Under the pieces are notes generated by a model, which saw only the letters and a program-made list of their open reading frames with translations, made no database searches and was not told the origin of the DNA. From positions 1-46,486 of the IMG/VR virus record IMGVR_UViG_3300017565_000009: a stretch of 46,486 nucleotides of DNA; one strand, given 5' to 3'. Each line of letters opens with the position of its first letter. Position 1 is the stretch's first letter. The DNA is from a virus. The position numbers and the translations under genes are program-made. Below, piece by piece: positions 42,599 through 46,486 of this stretch.

Positions 42599-44272
42599 GT
42601 GAGGTGCGCTTTGTTTGAGCTGTTCGACCATCAGGCGACGATCCTGGCCAAGACCCGAAAAGCGTGGGACGAAGGCCATCAGAACGTGCTGTTGCGGGCG
42701 GACACGGGCATCGGAAAGACCGTCATGCTGTCGGACGAAGTCCGGCGCCGTGGCAATCTCCCCTCCTGCACTTTCGCCCACCGGCAAGAGCTGGTTGGCC
42801 AGCTTTCTCTGTCCCTGGCGCGGCAGGGCGTGCAGCATAACGTCATCGCCCCTGAAAAAGTAGTGCGCGCCATCAGCGCCAACCACGTCCGCAAGGTCGG
42901 CCGCAGCTTTTTTGTCCCCAATGCGCCTGCCGCCGTGGCCGGCGTGGATACCCTTATCCGACGACCCGTGACCGCGTGGGACCGGAGCGTCAGGCTCTGG
43001 ACGGCTGACGAAGCGCATCACGTTCTGCGCGCCAACAAATGGGGCACCGCGACCGAGCGCTTCACGCACCCGCAATGTCAGGGTTTGGGGCCGACCGCCA
43101 CGCCCCAGCGTGCCGATGGCCACGGGCTTGGGCGTCACGCTTCGGGCCTCTTTGACGTGATGGTTGAGGGGCCGCCCATGCGTTGGGCGATCGACAACGG
43201 CTATCTGACGCCTTATCGCATCGTCCTCCCCGAGACGGACCTTGCCAAAATTGACATCGGAGACGTGTCCGCCGGCGGGGACTGGTCGTCCCAAAAACTG
43301 CGTGACGCGTCGGTAAAATCCCGCATCGTCGGGAACGTGGTCGAGGAATACCGCAAGCGCGCCGCCGGCATGCTGACGGTGGTGTTCGCCACGGACGTCG
43401 ACACGGCCGAAGAGATGGCCGCCAATTTCCGCGCCGCCGGCGTGCCCGCCTCCAGCATCACCGGCGAAATGCACGACTCGGCGCGCTGGCAGGTCATTGA
43501 AGATTTCGAGGCCCGGCGCCTCCAGGTGCTGGTGGCCGTGGACATCATTTCCGAAGGCTTCGATCTGCCCGCCGTCGAGTGTGCCATTTTCTGCCGACCC
43601 ACCATGTCCCTCGCGCTTTACATGCAACAGTTTGGCCGCGCCCTGCGCGTCATGGCCGGCAAGCTGGAAGCGCTCATCATCGATATGGCCGGCAACTTCA
43701 AAAATTTCGGGCCGCCGGATCGCCCGCGCCAGTGGACGCTGGACGGCGCCGACCGCAAGAGTGGAACGCGCAATTACGTCGAGCCGACCTATACTTGCTC
43801 CAGCGACTCCTGCGCCCAGCCTTACGAAAAATGGCGCACGGAATGCCCGCATTGCGGCGCGCTCCCGCCGCCGCCGGCGGACAGGTCCTCCCCGATGGTC
43901 GTGGCCGGCGATCTGGTAGAACTTGACCCGGCCACCCTCGCGGCGATGCTGGGCGACGTGGGGCGCGCCGAAATGTCGGCCGCTGAGTTTGCGCAAGACC
44001 TGCACGCACGCCGCGTCCCGCTCATCGGCCACAGTCGCCAGCTATCGCATCACCTCGCCAAACAGGCAGCCCGCGAACCCTTGCGGGCTGCCATGGAGTT
44101 GTGGGGCGGCGCGCGGCTGGCGGACGGCCTCAACGATCGCGAGATGCAGAAGCTGTTCTTCCACCGTTTCGGCGTGGATGTGATCACGGCGCGCACGCTC
44201 CCCGTGGCCGAAACCGAATCCCTGACCATCAAAATCTATGAGGAATTTGCCAATGCAGACGCAGCTCTTTGA
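42599..44272 (+). CDS. SF2 DEAD/DEAH-box DNA helicase
   Basis: Motif I is ADTGIGKT and motif II is TADEAHH. The helicase-C region is VLVAVDIISEGFDLP...QQFGRALR. The start is approximate (GTG 42599). Confidence 0.85.
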   Translation: MRCALFELFDHQATILAKTRKAWDEGHQNVLLRADTGIGKTVMLSDEVRRRGNLPSCTFAHRQELVGQLSLSLARQGVQHNVIAPEKVVRAISANHVRKVGRSFFVPNAPAAVAGVDTLIRRPVTAWDRSVRLWTADEAHHVLRANKWGTATERFTHPQCQGLGPTATPQRADGHGLGRHASGLFDVMVEGPPMRWAIDNGYLTPYRIVLPETDLAKIDIGDVSAGGDWSSQKLRDASVKSRIVGNVVEEYRKRAAGMLTVVFATDVDTAEEMAANFRAAGVPASSITGEMHDSARWQVIEDFEARRLQVLVAVDIISEGFDLPAVECAIFCRPTMSLALYMQQFGRALRVMAGKLEALIIDMAGNFKNFGPPDRPRQWTLDGADRKSGTRNYVEPTYTCSSDSCAQPYEKWRTECPHCGALPPPPADRSSPMVVAGDLVELDPATLAAMLGDVGRAEMSAAEFAQDLHARRVPLIGHSRQLSHHLAKQAAREPLRAAMELWGGARLADGLNDREMQKLFFHRFGVDVITARTLPVAETESLTIKIYEEFANADAAL

Positions 44273-44744
44273 CTGGGCTCGCCGCTGGGGCGTGCCGGAA
44301 CAGGCCATCCCGGAGCTGGCCACGCTGCTGGGCACGAGCGATCTGCCGCCTATTGCCCCTCCCCCGCCGCCCAGCGCGCGCGAGGGGTGGGTGCAAGGCC
44401 AGGTGCGTATGCGCGCACCCTACGTGGGCATGCACTTGTGGCGCAACAACGTCGGCGCCCTCAAAGATGAACGCGGCGTGCCGGTGCGCTACGGGCTGGC
44501 CAATGACAGCAAGCAACTCAACGACCGGATCAAGAGCGGGGACCTCATCGGCATCCGCCGCGTGACCATCACCCCCGCCATGGTCGGGCACGTCATCGGA
44601 CAGTTTGTCAGCCGGGAATGCAAAGCGCCGGGGTGGCGCTACACCGGCACTCCGCGCGAGAAAGCCCAACTGGCCTGGGCGTCACTGGTCCAACTCAACG
44701 GGGGAGACGCCGGCTTTATAGCCAACCCCGACGAGTTGCGCTAA
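44253..44744 (+). CDS. VRR-NUC domain nuclease
   Basis: GDLIGI...GQFVSRECKAPG...EKAQLAW...NGGDAGF follows the D...E.K VRR-NUC layout. GAGGA RBS. Confidence 0.7.
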   Translation: MQTQLFDWARRWGVPEQAIPELATLLGTSDLPPIAPPPPPSAREGWVQGQVRMRAPYVGMHLWRNNVGALKDERGVPVRYGLANDSKQLNDRIKSGDLIGIRRVTITPAMVGHVIGQFVSRECKAPGWRYTGTPREKAQLAWASLVQLNGGDAGFIANPDELR

Positions 44745-44745
44745 G

Positions 44746-44761
44746 TTGACCGCCACGTCAG
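44746..44761. promoter_or_regulatory. Palindrome S8, TTGACCGCCACGTCAG (one mismatch), directly upstream of the TetR-like gene
   Basis: It lies in the 30-bp gap between the VRR-NUC stop and the RBS of 44775. Confidence 0.45.
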
Positions 44762-44774
44762 GAGGTTTTTATTT

Positions 44775-45104
44775 ATGCACCAGATAGATTTTCGACGCGA
44801 GCGGGGGCCGACAGCCACCGAACGCAAGCGGGCCGCGCTCGTGGACGTCGGCTTGCAGTTGGCCGAGGTCGACGGCTATCAATGGTTGACGCGGGATGGC
44901 GTCGCCCGGGCCGCTGGAGTGGCGGCGGGGACGGTCAGCAACCTTTGCGGGACCATGCGCGATTTCAAGCGCGCGGTGCTGCAGGCGGCGGTTGATCGCA
45001 ACATTCCCGCCATCGTGGCGCAGGGACTGGCGGATCGTCACGAGATCGCCCTTGCCGCGCCGGAGGACGTAAAACGGGCCGCGCTCGCCCGTCTCTCTAA
45101 CTGA
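44775..45104 (+). CDS. TetR-like HTH DNA-binding protein (109 aa, N-terminal-domain size only)
   Basis: RKRAALVDVGLQLAEVDGYQWLTRDGVARAAGVAAGTVSNLCGTMRDFKRAVL matches the TetR_N helix-turn-helix pattern. AGGAGG RBS. Confidence 0.6.
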   Translation: MHQIDFRRERGPTATERKRAALVDVGLQLAEVDGYQWLTRDGVARAAGVAAGTVSNLCGTMRDFKRAVLQAAVDRNIPAIVAQGLADRHEIALAAPEDVKRAALARLSN

Positions 45105-45114
45105 CGGGGCCGCC

Positions 45115-46486
45115 GTGCTGACGCTACCTGACGCAATTTCACCCCTCGCGGCTTATCCGCAATGGATTCACTGGCGCGCCGAATGGGACCCGGCTCGCAA
45201 CAAATGGCAAAAAATCCCCGAGCAAATCAACGGCTACGGGGCCTCCACCACAAACCCGGCGCACTGGGCTACCCATGCCGCCGCCGCCGCCGCGCTGGCG
45301 TCCCGGCCTGCCGGGTTTGAGGGCGGACTGGCGTTCGTCTTTGCTGACTCGGACCCGTTCTTTTTTCTCGACATTGACAATTGCGGCGACGGCGCGGGCG
45401 GTTGGTCACAGCACGCCTTGACCATTTTGGGATGCTTCCCCGGATGCGCGGTCGAGGTGTCGCACAGCGGCTCCGGCCTGCACGTCTTCGGGTCGTGTCC
45501 GCCCGGCATCGCCAAAGACAAGGGCCGCAAGAATGCCGCCAAGGGCCTGGAGTTTTATACGCGCGAGCGGTTCGTGGCGTTCACCGGCAATTTCGCGGCA
45601 ACCGGCTCCGCCGCGACCGCCGTGGACTGGCGCCCGTTCGTGGCGACTCAATTCCCGGAGACCGTGGCTAATGGTATCGGCTGGACCACGGAGCCGGTCG
45701 AGGGCTGGAAAGGCCCGGAGGATGATGACGAGCTGATTCGCCGGATGATGGAAAGCCGGCCCAGCGCCGCCGCGTCCCTCGGCAACAAGCCGACCATCCA
45801 GGATTACTGGCACAACAACGTGCCCAAGCTGGCCGCCGGCTGGCCGCACGCCACGGACGAATATGACCGCTCGCAGGCGGACAGCGCCTTTGCCACGCTG
45901 CTGGCGTTCTGGACGGGCAAGGATTGCGAGCGCATGGAGCGCCTTATGCGGCGCAGCGCCATGGTCCGCGACAAGTGGGACCGGGACAGCTACTTGACCC
46001 CCACCATCATCAACGCCGCCAACCGCGCCTCGGCGGTTTATGTCGAGCGGGACGCCTCGCCGGCGCAAGAGGAAGCCCCGGCTCCCCCGCCGCCCGGGAC
46101 CGCTATCGCCGCCCCCATCCGGGGGCAACAGTCTGTCTGTCACGACTTCCAGTTCGCAGCCCATTTTGAGGGGTGCGTTTACGTTGTGGACCGCAACATG
46201 GTGTTCGACCGCAAATACGCCCGGCTCATGGACCAGGGGCGGTTCAACGCGGTCTATGGGGGCTTCAAGTTCTTCCTGTTTCCGAACGGCACGGCGCCGG
46301 CGCGCAACGCATGGGAGGCGTTCCTCCAGTCCAGCCATTTCCACCCGCCCATCGTGGCCAGCTCGACGTTCCAACCCAGCGCCGCTTTCGGGGAGATCGT
46401 CACGGACTCATCAGGATTGAGCACGGTCAACGTCCACCAGCCCTACTCCCCGCCGACCAGTGACGCCGACGCCTCGCCGTTCGTAG
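45115..46486 (+). CDS. Primase-helicase, N-terminal prim-pol (AEP) and PriCT-like part. It runs off the window end and continues at 124-1148.
   Basis: FFFLDIDN (DxD) and EVSHSGSGLHVF (sGxGxH) are AEP motifs. SQADSAFATLLAFWTGKDCERMERLMRRSAMVRDKWDR is PriCT-like. There is no in-frame stop to the end of the window. GTG start. Confidence 0.85.
   Translation, partial: MLTLPDAISPLAAYPQWIHWRAEWDPARNKWQKIPEQINGYGASTTNPAHWATHAAAAAALASRPAGFEGGLAFVFADSDPFFFLDIDNCGDGAGGWSQHALTILGCFPGCAVEVSHSGSGLHVFGSCPPGIAKDKGRKNAAKGLEFYTRERFVAFTGNFAATGSAATAVDWRPFVATQFPETVANGIGWTTEPVEGWKGPEDDDELIRRMMESRPSAAASLGNKPTIQDYWHNNVPKLAAGWPHATDEYDRSQADSAFATLLAFWTGKDCERMERLMRRSAMVRDKWDRDSYLTPTIINAANRASAVYVERDASPAQEEAPAPPPPGTAIAAPIRGQQSVCHDFQFAAHFEGCVYVVDRNMVFDRKYARLMDQGRFNAVYGGFKFFLFPNGTAPARNAWEAFLQSSHFHPPIVASSTFQPSAAFGEIVTDSSGLSTVNVHQPYSPPTSDADASPFV
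46364..46486. repeat. Terminal overlap, identical to 1-123
   Basis: See the first feature. Confidence 0.95.

Noticed and set aside
42539-44032. The upstream two-thirds of the 720-aa - strand ORF (41870-44032)
   Set aside because: Only the last 222 codons (41870-42538) have an RBS (AGGAGA) and a protein-like sequence. The remainder is antisense to the SF2 helicase gene, which has clear motifs.
1-46486. A prophage or integrated-element interpretation
   Set aside because: The contig closes on itself. It has no integrase, attachment-site-like tRNA fragment or flanking host genes. All ORFs fit phage modules.

Overview
The window is one complete, circularly permuted genome of a high-GC tailed phage. 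Bases 1-123 are identical to 46364-46486, so the unique length is 46363 bp, and a primase-helicase gene reads through that junction. I saw no integrase, CI-like repressor, tRNA, rRNA or CRISPR array.

Layout:
- 1242-12357 (+): about 25 early genes, mostly small and translationally coupled. They include a tandem sigma-region-4-like HTH protein, a C5-cytosine methyltransferase, a beta-class amino-methyltransferase broken at a G8 tract, a PAPS-reductase-fold protein, a hexapeptide-repeat protein, a dCMP deaminase, an HD phosphohydrolase and two winged-helix proteins.
- 12447-13688 (-): endolysin, lipoprotein and a membrane protein.
- 13744-14454: AT-rich, apparently non-coding region.
- 14455-37553 (+): late genes. 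These are terS, terL, portal, MuF-like protein, scaffold, major capsid, connectors, sheath, tube, G/GT chaperones with a canonical slippery site, tape measure, a Mu-like baseplate, tail fibre with its chaperone, and two holin-like membrane proteins.
- 37538-42538 (-): replication genes (family A polymerase, gp2.5-like SSB, Cas4-like nuclease).
- 42599-46486 and on to 1148 (+): SF2 helicase, VRR-NUC nuclease, TetR-like HTH protein and prim-pol/SF3 primase-helicase.

The most interesting unannotated signals:
- A 16-bp palindrome, TTGAC-N6-GTCAA, recurs at gene boundaries. There are 5 perfect copies and 3 with one mismatch. Its arms are sigma70 -35 cores, and a phage protein built from two sigma-region-4-like domains is a candidate reader.
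- An ORF-poor, promoter-to-terminator unit of about 390 nt, plus a terminator-bracketed mini-gene, sits between terL and portal.
- A DNA-modification gene cluster carries a homopolymer-interrupted methyltransferase.

All functional calls rest on motifs read by eye from the translations. No database search was possible.
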